Source: Phoronis australis
Lineage: Eukaryota; Animalia; Phoronida
NCBI GenBank assembly: GCA_002633005.1
Contig: NMRA01000414.1
Coordinates: forward strand, 124,001 to 188,000
Direction of reading: 5' to 3'
Length of the DNA stretch: 64,000 bases
In this document: positions 39,501 to 51,970 of the stretch, in pieces
How the letters are laid out: each line of letters opens with the position of its first letter
Numbering within the stretch: the stretch's first letter is position 1
Translations under genes and position numbers: made by a program
The notes under the pieces: model-generated
Databases searched by the model: none
Told to the model about the DNA's origin: nothing
Seen by the model: the letters and a program-made list of their open reading frames with translations, nothing else

Positions 39501-41073
39501 CCATAACGCATGTTGCCTAAATCGAAACTCGTTTTTAACAGAAACCACAGTTTCAATGTCACTTCAACATAGAATTCGGAACATGGAATCAACAGAAAAT
39601 TCTTGGGTATTAGGTTCGCATTAGGTCAGCTGGAAGATGTATTAGTGCTGAAAGACTTGGGAAAGTTGTAGGTAACAATCTCTTCATCTTCAGTACGTAT
39701 TACACAAAGAATGGTGAAATGAGTATCAAATTTTACTTTCTACAAGCGTGCCCCCATTCCTAACAATTTCTGTGACACTTGAAAGCCAATGCGCCAGGAT
39801 TATTCAGATAGTGTTGACTAGGCAACTGTCAAGGGCTGATCAATGTCCATCATAAATATAGCAACCACTAGTTTTTAATTGCAGACATTAATCGCCATCA
39901 CTCAGACTCATTAGTTAATTAATCAAACTTGCAATGTTGGCAGCTTGTTGTTAGTCAACTGTGAGAGACGCAGCAATGGCAGACCAACGGGAGCGGATAT
40001 CAAATGTAGTGGAGAAGAGGAAATGCTATCGGAAAAATTACTTTTTACATGACTAATGAGTCATTTAGCTAATCACTGATGAAGTGCGAACACATACAGG
40101 AGGAGTCAACTCTATTGACGCATGTGGCGACAGAAAAAAACACGAGCTATCAATCAATAGTATTGGATTGCGGCACCAAATAATGACTAAATGCGGAATA
40201 AGGTAGCCATTTTTTATTATTAACATTATTGTTGTGATCCCAAACAGCGATAATAAAGATGTTGAAAAAATGTTTTGAGGTCAGAANCCATAACGCATGT
40301 TGCCTAAATCGAAACTAGTTTTTAACAGAAACCACAGTTTCAATGTCACTTCAACATAGAATTTGGAACATGGAATCAACAGAAAATTCTTGGGTATTAG
40401 GTTCGCATTAGGTCAGCTGGAAGATGTATTAGTGCTGAAAGACTTGGGAAAGTTGTAGGTAACAATCGCTTCATCTTCAGTGCGTATTACACAAAGAATG
40501 GTGAAATGAGTATCAAATTTTACTTTCTACAAGCGTGCCCCTATTCCTAACAATTTCTGTGACACTTGAAAGCCAATGCGCCAGGATTATTCAGATAGTG
40601 TTGACTAGGCAACTGTCAAGGGCTGATCAATGTCCGTCATAAATATAGCAACCACTAGTTTTTAATTGCAGACATTAATCGCCATCACTCAGACTCATTA
40701 GTTAATTAATCAAACTTGCAATGTTGGCAGCTTGTTGTTAGTCAACTGTGAGAGACACAGCAATGGCAGACCAACAGGAGCGGATATCAAATGTAGTGGA
40801 GAAGAGGAAATGCTATCGGAAAAATTACTTTTTACATGACTAATGAGTCATTTAGCTAATCACTGATGAAGTGCGAACACATACAGGAGGAGTCAACTCT
40901 ATTGACGCATGTGGCGACAGAAAAAAACACGAGCTATCAATCAATAGTATTGGATTGCGGCACCAAATAATGACTAAATGCGGAATAAGGTAGCCATTTT
41001 TTATTATTAACATTATTGTTGTGATCCCAAACAGCGATAATAAAGATGTTGAAAAAATGTTTTGAGGTCAGAA
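39501..41073. repeat. 786-bp tandem duplication separated by one N (probable uncollapsed haplotype overlap)
   Basis: 39501-40286 versus 40288-41073, about 8 substitutions seen, N at 40287. Confidence 0.95.
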
Positions 41074-41533
41074 TAAGATTACCCTTAAAGGAAAGTGCAG
41101 CTGCTCAAAGCTTTTCTAAGAACAAAGAGAGAACCATGCGGGGAAAATTTGAGACATAAAACCGATGGCAAATTATGGTAAGTGCTCAAACGGCTTCACC
41201 ACTTTTCAAGAAAACCCTGGATCAAGTTTGTTGTCTGACAAAAGAGACGCCTGATAGAGTAATGACTGGTAACTTTTCAGTCGCCAGCAGGCACCATTTA
41301 GGAAATGTGAGACTGGCCTGGCTGTCTTTCCCACTGGTGAAGAGCGTGGGCTGCTCACTGTCCAGTAATTAATGAATGCAAACAATGGGAAGTCCAAGTG
41401 AGATATGTTATGACCTGGAATGACTTGTCTTACAGTGTTAGCCCATTCATTCCCATTAGGTTACTAGCCAACATAGAGGAAGGAATAAACATACAAATAT
41501 TAAAATCACAGGATTATTAATTTAATAAAGTGA

Positions 41534-42050
41534 TGTAGGAACCTCAAAAAAATCCGAATTTGGCAAAAGTTCAGAGCATCGTATCTCAGAGATGACTGAT
41601 CGGATTCATCTTTCAGATTCCATGCATAATGCATTGTTCTAAAAACGCTTCAGGAATTGCTTTTAACATGTTCCAATTCCACATGAAGGACTGTAAAACG
41701 GGACTTTTCTTAGTTTTTTATGAAAAATTCAACAAAAGTTGCATAAAACAAAAACGAAATAATTCAAAAAACTATAACAGCATTTTTGAGATTTTATTTT
41801 GAACATTTATAACAAACAAAATTTGCCATGTCATTAACACTGCTAGTTTGCTAGGGACGTTCCTTCCTTTTTTGTAATTTTTTCAAAATAGACACTGTCG
41901 TGTGACTCAATTAAAACCGGTTAGTATGAAGTCAAACACCAAATTCCACAGGCTTGCTTCTTTCAGCAAATATTTACTTTAACTTAGTTAAAATCTATAG
42001 ATTTGTAGGTATTTAGTTATATACACAAACTAGTCGATAAGATCCTGACT
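41534..42050 (+). repeat. Dispersed repeat family A copy
   Basis: Colinear similarity to 18979-19459 from tgtagga through acaggctt.cttct.tcag and aaatct.tag. Confidence 0.65.
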
Positions 42051-44338
42051 TTAACATAAAATACAAAATGCTAAGTCATTTTACGACAAATTTCAAAGCA
42101 GACGACATGTCAACTTCTAGTGTGCTAATGCATTTGAACCAGCAACAGACGTTGTTTCACACCCCACCACAGGATACAAGAAATAGCCAAATGATATCTT
42201 TTTCAACAGCTGGGAATTCACTTTAAACAGCACGAGGACAAGAGGCAAACACTTGCTGGATGGCAAATCACACCAGAGCCAATTAAACGGCGAAAAATAC
42301 AGTAAACAATATCATAGATTACATTCAGAAACCTGCAGTTACTGACCCAAACACTTTGTTCCAATTTGAAGCCAATTTCTTGGCCATAATTAAACCCACA
42401 GTCCAACAATAAAGTAGTGGTTAGGGCAACTAGCTCTAATTTGCTGGAATTAACCAGGGACACAGTGTGATTGACAACTGGCGAAGTAATAACAATTGTC
42501 CCAGATATGGTAGTCATTTTTTTTTTGAGATTTTACCAGTTAGCGAATGGTATGGTCTGATAACAATGACACGAGTCATTAGAAAGCCATCAACACATAT
42601 TTGACTCAACAGAGTGATAATAAAACACAAGCCCAGTGTTGAGCTATTTTCATAATTTTGACTTGGAATTGAGATTAAAAAGAATACAAAGAAACGAGAT
42701 TACCGCTGCAAAATAAAACAAGCTTCTTATCCAAACTTTATGTTTCCATGAACTTAAAAACCATTGTTAATAAAACTTGAGCCAACAATTTTAAGTGAGC
42801 CCAACCAAAGCAGTGTACTTCCAAATTACCAAATGTCCAATGAATAAAACTGCCCATAGCCATGTTCAGTTGGCTAAAAATGAAAATGAATTAAACCTTT
42901 TACTCCAATAAGGAATATTACGGTACCGATTTTTATGAGAGTAAAAGGCCCAATTTTACTTTCATTTTTTTTAGCCAGCTAAACACCGAAATGCAGCTTC
43001 GAAAAATCCTGAATGAAGTATGCACATGCATGTATATCAAACACCTTTGAGTGTTTATCTGAGGCTACAAAAAATTCCAAGGAGTTCTGAATTCTCCGTA
43101 AACTGTAATTTCAACTCAAGCCAATGAGAACCCCAGAAAATTCTCTACACCAGGTCAAAGCAACAACAACAGGCCAAGATGACAAATTGGATCAATCGAA
43201 TTTATTCAATTTTCCATCACTGCAAATGTTTAAATGATTTTCTCTGAGAAGCAATCAATTGCAACCAAGCAATCTGACATTTGTTATGTTCATAGTCGGA
43301 AAGCTACTGAAAGCCACCAATAGATCAGTCTTAATAAACGACATATCTAATTGCCAAGGACTATTCGTCTTAGTTTAAACAGCAAGTTATGTATAGCTTT
43401 AAATGTTGATGATAAACTGACACCAATATTGATTTCAGGAACAGTCAACCAACAATTCCTGGAATGTGTCGATTTCACATGAAACATAAAGGAGGTTCCA
43501 GTACGGGCTTCCAACACAAAAGACAGCCTCCGGACAGGTGTTCTTACAGAAAACATCTGTAGGAGTCAACCCAGTAGTGTGAAAATCAAATTTTGCCACA
43601 TCTCTGTTACTCAACGGCATAGATCATCCCATCAGCAGTATTACCTTTGGTGTAAACCAAGCGGCAGACTAATTTCCGCTTACAAGCAGAGGGACATGAT
43701 CTGAGCAAAACATATCCTTTGGAATGTCAGGCGTTTGGCACAGGTTAATGCTGAACACGAGAAATTCGAGAAATTCGTGACACTGAAGAGAACAAAAGCT
43801 TATGGTAATTTTTAAATGTCTGGCGCATGACATGGCAGATAAGTGAAATGAAAGCTTTAGAAATTTTTCGGCGATTACTAGACTGGACTGTTTTGTGTAG
43901 ATGCCATAAAACAACGGTAGCTAAAGTTTTCATTAATTACAGCTTTCGAAAAATGGAAAGTGGCAAGTCAGAGTACATGCACAGTCAAAAGCGCAGACTA
44001 TTGCCTGCATGTGCATGCTGTAATCGACATCAAAATGGAAAAAAACCCAAAAACAACGCCAGCAAGAAAGTGAAGATGACAACTCAAAGTCTCTTCAAAT
44101 ATTGTTAAGCTTTATACCAATCATCATCGTTACAACGCTAAAACTGGTTTGCTTTGAACCTCTTATTGGCGATACCGAGTACAATTACAGGGCTTAATCA
44201 AATGCATATCTAGTTTCATAAACTCAATAAAAACCTGGTAAGTTGATTATGCCGACGGTCATAGACCTCAGAAAACATTCAATTATCTAAGTCAAAGTGG
44301 ATAGATATGCAGTGAACTACAAGAAAAGATGAACTTAC

Positions 44339-44385
44339 TTTGCCAAGTACATGTACACAGCACATGCCAAGCTGAAGACGAGTAC
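44339..44385 (-). CDS. TMEM135: TMEM135 exon 6 (VLVFSLACAVYMYLAK)
   Basis: 47 nt, ttttcag / gtaagt, phase 0-2. Corresponds to VLLFCITAAMYMFFFR. Confidence 0.93.
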
Positions 44386-47212
44386 CTGAAAAATGCAAAG
44401 ACTTTTTAAAGCATATCGCATAGACAATAATTTCAGTCATACATGCGACTGGAAATAACATGGCCGTTCACATAATCACAAGTAAATGTTTCTAAATTCT
44501 CGAATGTTTCCAGAACATTCCGTTCAAGGTAAATAACTGTCACTACCACTTTTGTCAAAACCATAAAAATGATTAGCTTAAACTAAAACGGGAACATTAC
44601 ATTTTTGAAGATCTTTTTGGTCAACCTGGAACACTTTACCTTTTCTAATAAAATGAAATCAATGAAACTGCTCTCAAGGTGAAGGTGATACAACTTCCAA
44701 AAATGTCAGCCAATCAGCTGTGTTTCAACTGTGCTTAATCACGCTCGCCAATATTCAGTTCCACAACAGGTCATCACAATTTGGCCGTCTGATTTAAGGA
44801 AGGAAGCCAAGAACAGGAAAATGAAAGTATCACAACATTGGTTAGAGCGACCAGTACTCCCTGCTCATAACACTATACTTCTGGTTTGAAGAACTGTTAT
44901 TTCTAAAAGATTCAAAATACCTTTCAGAATAAGTAAAATAACCCAAATTTATCAAAAGCGCTTTCAAATGAGCCCCAAATGTCAAACCAAATGGACCTAA
45001 ATCAGTTTACATTGAACTACATAAAAACCAGCATAGTGGGATGGAAAGCACTATCACAAACTATGTTAACCTCATCACAGAGACCCTGTTGACAGTATCA
45101 AAATTCCTGGTCTCCTAGAATTTCCCATTGTTTTGTCATGGCACAGGTTGCCACCCATTCTAGATAACAGAACCTGAGCTAGCCATAAACAATATGTCCA
45201 TTAAACAGTAGTTTATCAGTCCATCACCCTTGGGTGATGACAAAACACAGAGCCCCTTGAAAGAGGATTGTGGGAGGTCCAATGCCCTTAGTTCACAGAA
45301 TGTGGTTAGAAAGTCAAGCATTTTGTAATTGTCAAGCATTCTAGATGGACATTAGGGATCAAACAACTACACTAGAACAGTATTTTTATAGCCACTTCAC
45401 ACTGACAAAATGGCAAGTTCATGGGATACCTAATAAGACTGTTTGGATAACAACAAGGCTATTTCATGCCAACTAACTCCAGGGGCCTGTGTTTCATGAA
45501 AGCCAGGAACGCCAGGTGAAAATAACTTTATAAGATTTAAGACAGAAATTTGGTGCTGGGCTCCCACTTGGCAATTGCTGAAAATAGGTTTTAGCCAAGG
45601 AATTTATGACTGCATCACGGCCAAGAAATAATTTGCAGAACTTTTCTTAGAAACCAGAAGTTATACGTATATTTTCAGAGACTGCACATTTTCTCGAGTG
45701 AGATCTAGTCATTTTTTTAGAAATAGTAGTGTGGAGCGCAAGACCAGACTTCAGTCTCTCAAGACTTGAGTTGCTTTTCATGAAACAAATTCATATACTA
45801 CAAGTGCCTACAGTACCAGTTACAGAAACTTGGTGTGAAACTGCGAATTTAGTTGAAGCACTCGGATGAGCTTGTGAAGCCTAAAGTTTTTGCATTTTGA
45901 TGCGTTGGCTATCGGAATTAAAGTAAGACATCACTCCGAAAATCCTATGCAGGCGTAACTTGTCTAAATTGGAAATATCGTATGGTGTAAGTTGTCAGAT
46001 TATAAATAAAACGAAGTGCTAACAGTGGTAGAGCAATAAAAATTTTGAGCTAAATAATACAACAATGTGTGCCTTTATTGACATCGACATCTGCCGAAAA
46101 CTCCGATGACACCAAAGTTAATCTTTCACACTGCAACAAAACTGTGATTTTAAATCCACCTACTACAACATGAACTCTCTATCTTAACTTCGATCGAAAA
46201 CTGAAGCTAACCATTCACACCAATGGATATTCCTCAAAACATCGACAGTGTAAGCGACTGTTAATTGAACTTTGTATACCCCAGATTCCCATGCATGCCA
46301 TATAGGGCATTCACAATACAATATTTGAAGCTTTAGCACAACAACAAATCTGCTGGTGTTGCTTTCACACCACTTTTAGCGTTCAGCAAAAAAAAACGAA
46401 TCTAGTAACTTTCCTTTTATCACTTCAAAAAGGAAACTTTAAGTAGTGCCAACTTGTTGTGGTTATAAGTTCGATAACTTCATGAGTTTTTTGGGGAGTG
46501 ATTTTAACTTCAACTGACTTGAGGAACTCAGATACCAAACCCACAGCAGTACATCAGAGTACGTGTTAACGAGGTATACCAAATTTAGAACGAATCTCAA
46601 TTTAAATACAACCAAGCGCATTTGTCTAATACTTGTGCCCCCATGATATCTAAAATCCTATTTGCAAGCCTACTTTCATGTTGTTAGGTTAGGCCATTTT
46701 TGCACCAGTGCTACCGAGGACAAAACCTTCCATTTTGTAAATCCCTGCAATTTTTTCTGACACTTGCTGATGGCTGTTTGACCTGATTAATGGAGACCTG
46801 ACAAGCAGAGGAATTTCCCTCAGTATCTGGTTTGTTTATGTAGATACCAAATGGCATTTTTATGTTTACTCAGTTTGATGAGTGAAGTTTAGCAAAACAC
46901 TGGTAGGGAGACAGCTACAGACAAGGTTGACAGGTACTGGTTAGGCCGAGATTGGCATCCAATCTCACTTTCACTTTTACGAATTTGCGGATGATGGTTG
47001 GGGTGTCAGGATTTGCTTCCTGCAACAGATGCGAGTGTGTTTGTGTGTGCGTGCGTATGTGTGATCACCGATTAAACTAATAGATTCTCCTCAGTCAATT
47101 CTCTATTTCGTGGTTTAATTTCTGAAATTCCAAGGCCTGGAGCCTCATCCTTTTACTTGAAATCAAATTATTTTTAGCACTCTCTATTCCACTTTAGTAA
47201 GAACCGAAGAAT

Positions 47213-47458
47213 AGTGTCTATTATTTTGTGCACGAGTATCTTATGGTTTAAGTGAATGACAGTGTAATCCCATTTCGCACTTGACTCCGGTATTAAAGAT
47301 ATACATTTGAGTTTAACTTGCAATCACCAGTTTTTCCTTGAAATCTCGAGTTCTCACTTGACTTTGTAGCTCAAGTCCAAGTGTCATCAAGTGCGAATTT
47401 GGACTAAGCACTCATTTCCGTAATCCATAATATACTCAACACAGAATGTTAAACACTA
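47213..47458. mobile_element. Palindromic MITE, ~245 bp
   Basis: tagtgtctattattttgtg...gagtatcttatgg versus ccataatatactcaacacagaatgttaaacacta, plus inner IR ttcgcacttga / tcaagtgcgaa. Confidence 0.65.
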
Positions 47459-48369
47459 ATCATCAGTTCATTTTGAATGAGAAAGGAGATTGTCAAGAAC
47501 ATTTTTGAGTTAGATTTCCAGTAAAAAAGTTAAACCCAGGGACAGTGATGCCACTTAACTGAAATATACGTCACACTAATTTGGTAACAGACCAAATACA
47601 TATATACACAAGCTTGAAAACCCAACCTCCATTACTAAGGCTATCAGTGTTCTATTTCTTGAGTTGGCCATGATCCAGAATTCGAACTGAGAAGGCTTTG
47701 GCCAGATTCATTGTGAATATCTCTCATATACAGACAACACGGTATAAACGAATACTAGACAATTCCAAAAAATTGCTGCTTCTATTTAAAACTAGCAATT
47801 TTGTCAAAAATCAACTTTTGATTTTGACCACTTGCAGTTATAAAATCAATCTATCTTTTCCTTCCTTACTTAGATTAGAAATAATTTCTACGCTTGAAAA
47901 GAACTGCAGGCCAATTGTTTCAGACCAGGCCTATTATGTTCATTGTCGAGCTGGGTTCAAGTTTCAAACACCAAGGCAGTGCAGCAATCAGAGGAACAAC
48001 TATTTTCAACTCAAACAAAAGGAAACAGTGTGATGATATTGCTGTGGAAGGGCAACCGTGGTAAAATCTCGCTGACATAGAACATATGCCGTACAAGGGA
48101 AATTTTATGTTGTATTTTTGCATAAAATTTAAGTGGAAATAATCAAGTACTTTATTGTGGCATTCACGTTGTTTAGAAGTCATGCATGTGAAATGAAAAG
48201 ATCAAATTTGGCAATTATTTTTGGCGAAATATTACCGTATACCTGTGAATAAAGTTGATATTTTTAACACTTGAACATAGTTCACAATGGCTTGGAAGCA
48301 GTTTTCATTATGAGGTGAAAGTTTGACTTGACAAAACTAAATCAAGTGAACATCGTAGCCAAATCTTAC

Positions 48370-48435
48370 CTCTCCATTTTTAAACATGGGCACAACACCA
48401 CGGCTAGCCAGCATGCGATACGCAGTCTCTAAGGC
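48370..48435 (-). CDS. TMEM135: TMEM135 exon 5 (ALETAYRMLASRGVVPMFKNGE)
   Basis: 66 nt, ttctag / gtaaga. Matches ATETLFRMGVARG.....NGE. Confidence 0.95.
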
Positions 48436-48670
48436 CTAGAAACAAGGAGTGGAGTATAATAGTAAATACCTTGGTGGAAAGGCAGGGAAGATGTGTGAAG
48501 AGTGCTAACAGCTACAGTCGCATAATACTCACAGTAGCTGGGACTTTGCTAGCAGCAGGCCTGCCATACCTCCTACACAAACTTGCAAGAACGCTGGCAT
48601 TTTGATGTTCGCTCGCACATTTGCCAGCAGCAAAAACAGACAGCAACGTGAACCATACTAGTGTCACTTT

Positions 48671-49068
48671 AGCCCCGTCCACACACAGCCTATCCCAGAA
48701 CAACTTGCACTAGCGCAACTTACCCCACTTTTAAGTGAAGCGTCCATACGCACACATATACGATAACTAGGGTAAGGCGGAAGTTGTTGCTCTGTGCATG
48801 ACAATGAAAACCTAATGCCAGTACGACACCCAAGAGAAAACTCAGCTGATAATTACCTCTGCCCTACCCCGGTTATGTGGCCACACTGCAATTACAAGTG
48901 GTGCAACTTACCCTAGAACAAGTTACCCCACCTCGATAAGGTGGAGCAAGCTGTCACAAGTGGGTTGAGTTGCACTAGATAAAACAGTGTCCACACAGCA
49001 CTCAAACATAGCGACAACTTGTTCCAGGAGTAATGTGTTCTAGGGTCAGTCTATGTGTGGATGGCACT
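48671..49068. mobile_element. PIF/Harbinger-like MITE, ~400 bp
   Basis: TIRs agccccgtccacacacag / ctatgtgtggatggcact and internal caacttaccc repeats. TSD not clean. Confidence 0.6.
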
Positions 49069-49247
49069 ATAGAGTCTTTTGTTGATCATTGTGTGTAGTC
49101 AATCATTATCGTATATTTGGGTGTGAGGAAACAAACTACCTGCTGGCGAAAAGTAACCCATTCGCAGACAGCAGGTAAAATGCTAACGTTTTCGCCACTG
49201 AAAAAACGATAGTGTTTACACTACTTACAAGAAGATAGAGAAATAGG

Positions 49248-49404
49248 AAGCCAAGACTTTAAAAGTATGGAACAGCGTCATGCTTTCACGAGAATACCTT
49301 CATTTCACTCACCCATATTGAAAAGATGAAGCCAGGGGTTTAAACGCATGGAACACCATCACGCTCTTATGAGAATACCTTCACTTCACTCATCCATATT
49401 GAAA
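49248..49404. repeat. Diverged tandem duplication, 2 x ~81 bp
   Basis: gaagcca...atggaaca...gagaataccttca.ttcactca.ccatattgaaa occurs twice. Confidence 0.8.
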
Positions 49405-49691
49405 TACACAAGTGAAAAATGCAATCGTCACCAACACAATGTATACAGGAATCCAGAAGTCAATGATAGAAGGAGCTCCAATTACTGTCAATTCGCATGT
49501 AATATGAGCTCGGCTTCACTTAGAAACTGAATCAAACTTGAAATAAAGAAGGGAGAGTGATCTCCTTGTTCAATTTAAATAGGTAGACTTTGTGACTTTA
49601 GATGGACTTTCGACGTCCCGACTTTCCTTTGAGTTTGTCTTTGAGGACAGATGGTGAGTATGTCTAACGGGGCGTTCTGCCTTGAAGTCAG

Positions 49692-49979
49692 GGAGGTGCA
49701 AGCTGACTACGGTACATACTGGGTGGTGCGAGAGTAACCCCCCCAGGAGGTGCCANGTAACCCCCGAGGAGGTGACAGTTAACTACAGTATATACTGGAT
49801 GGTGTGAGTGTACCCCCCGAGATGGTACCAGTTGACGACGGTATATACTGGGTGGTGTGAGAGTACCCCCCACCCGAGGAGGTGCCAGTTGACTATATAT
49901 ACTAGATGCTGTGAGAGTACCCTCCGGGTAGGTGCCAGTTGACTTTTGACTATATGCTTAGTGCCGCGCGAGAGTACCC
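49692..49979. repeat. Minisatellite, ~5 copies of a ~52-56 bp unit, with an N at 49756
   Basis: Unit ggaggtgccagttgactacggtatatactgggtggtgtgagagtacccccc. True copy number is uncertain because of the gap. Confidence 0.9.
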
Positions 49980-50378
49980 AGAGTGTGTTCTGTCTTAAAC
50001 TTCTGATTCACACATGCATTGTTTCAGAGATGGCTTCATCAGCCACTCATGCACTTCAGAATGGACGAGTGAAATGAATGCATGATTTCCAAACAGAGGA
50101 GAGCAATATTTGATTAATAAGAAAAACACATTATTTAGTCTAAATTGATGGAAATACTTTCATGAAACAATACGCTTAATATCAAATTTGCCTTTTTCTC
50201 ACAAAATGAGAAAAGAAATGTTTCTATGACCGTATTCATTCTGGTAGTCTTGAGCAGCCGAGTAAAAAGTGACTATTTTTAACAGCGTATACTGTTAATG
50301 GCTGATTAATTAGTCATAAAGATAAAAATAACAGAGCCTCCCNNNNCCCCCCCCCCCCCCCCCCGAACTGTCACTTAC

Positions 50379-50412
50379 CACATTAAATAGATAAAGAGTC
50401 AGTGCCCCTCTC
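50379..50412 (-). CDS. TMEM135: TMEM135 exon 4, 34 nt (RGALTLYLFNV)
   Basis: ttacag / gtaagt, phase 2-0. Matches RGLLTIYMANL. Confidence 0.93.
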
Positions 50413-50754
50413 CTGTAAGTAAATATATTTTGTAAGAATTACAACTAAAAGTTAACAAGGATGTGATATCAGATTCAAAATTTTACATGCAGGCTAAGGT
50501 CATCTAAGAACCTAGGAATACATCTGATTTTGACTCTGCATGGCTATTTCGAAAAAATGGTTAAATCTCACTTGAGCAAAAGTACAACGCCTCCGAGAAT
50601 ATAATTGCTAGATATTATATCTAGACAGTGATGTGCTCATAATCACGTCACGTAGCTATAATAATAATAATAAAAGCTAAAGTTTTTTTAGATACCGTGA
50701 AGAGGGAGTGTAAGACCAAATATCTGTCAAAGTCTTAAAGACACTTTTCATGAA

Positions 50755-50912
50755 CAGGTGCGGATCCAGGATTTTTAAAAGGGGGGGTCGGATCAAGGAT
50801 TTTTAAAAGGGGGTCCAAGTCAACAATTTGAAAATATTAGATTTGATATCACTGAAATTAAGGGAAAAAGGGGAGTCCGGACCCCCTTGATGCACCTCTG
50901 GATCCACCTATG
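50755..50912. mobile_element. Short MITE (CAGG.GCGGATCCAG family) with 5-bp TSD atgaa
   Basis: Termini caggtgcggatccagg / ctggatccacctatg with atgaa on both sides. Homologous to 55679-55846. Confidence 0.85.
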
Positions 50913-51880
50913 ATGAAACAGACTACAGGCCTTCATCAAAAGCAAACTGTCAGTTCTTTCCAATTTCAGTAATCAATCTACTTTGATTAACAAGCAATTT
51001 AAAGCCAATTTCATAACAAAGCGTTCTAAACCAAGAATCGTTTTTGAGACAGGTGGTGGCTTTATTCACTACTTGCACAAATTAGCCATTTTACTTGAAA
51101 ACGAGGTGTTGTGTCCAAACTGCAATGGTTCTGCACAGTTGGTACATGCGCTCTTTCACGCTTGCGTTGTTACAACTGATGCCAAAACGAGGCGTCGTGT
51201 TCTAAACAACAAGGCACAACAATCATTTTTGCAGCGCCACCAAAGTGCGCAAGTAGTGAATGCCAACTGTAACCTGCAGAGTACGAGCATTTCAGCATGG
51301 TTTCATATTGCGCAGCAGGTCAATATTTATCTCCAAACGTCAAAAAGCAACGCATACTTTCAGTGTGAGAGCAGTAAACACTGTCAGTAATATTAAACTA
51401 CAAATATGTGTAAAGATTAATAGAGACATATCAATAAAGATTAGCCATACAATTAAGCTGAAGAAATCCTTGTGAAACACCTAGAGGCAGATCCACGTGT
51501 TAGTAATATGATCACTTTTCCAAATATAATCTTCAGATTTATTCATTTACTCCTATTATCCTTCAAACACGTGCTTGTGACTTTGTGTCACAACAAATAA
51601 AACACTACACGAGTTTTACAGTTCAGATTGCCAAATTCTTGGCTTGAGGAAATATTGATCCAAAATTCTGTGACAAACATAAAAAAAATCAATCAAAACA
51701 TATAATAACACACTTCCTCTTCAAATTCGGTTGGTGAATGTTTCGGGAAAGACATCACTTGGTGCATTCCAAATGTTTTTATGCCTGTGATATTCTGACA
51801 AATTGAAAAACAAATTTACCACTAGTAAGAAAGTTTGAATGAAAATACAGATTAAAACGAGATGAAATTTAATCTCCTAC

Positions 51881-51970
51881 CTGGTTTCTCGCTCCAACAA
51901 AAGGGCAAGAAACGATGCAGCGGTTGCCGGCAAAAACACGCAGCCAAATGACATGCATCCAGTGAAACGT
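51881..51970 (-). CDS. TMEM135: TMEM135 exon 3 (RFTGCMSFGCVFLPATAASFLALLLERETR)
   Basis: 90 nt, ccatag / gtagga, phase 2-2. Matches A...ASYVAILIERKSR. Confidence 0.95.

Noticed and set aside
49692-49979. CRISPR-like array
   Set aside because: The units are contiguous degenerate tandem repeats without unique spacers, in a eukaryotic intron with no cas genes.
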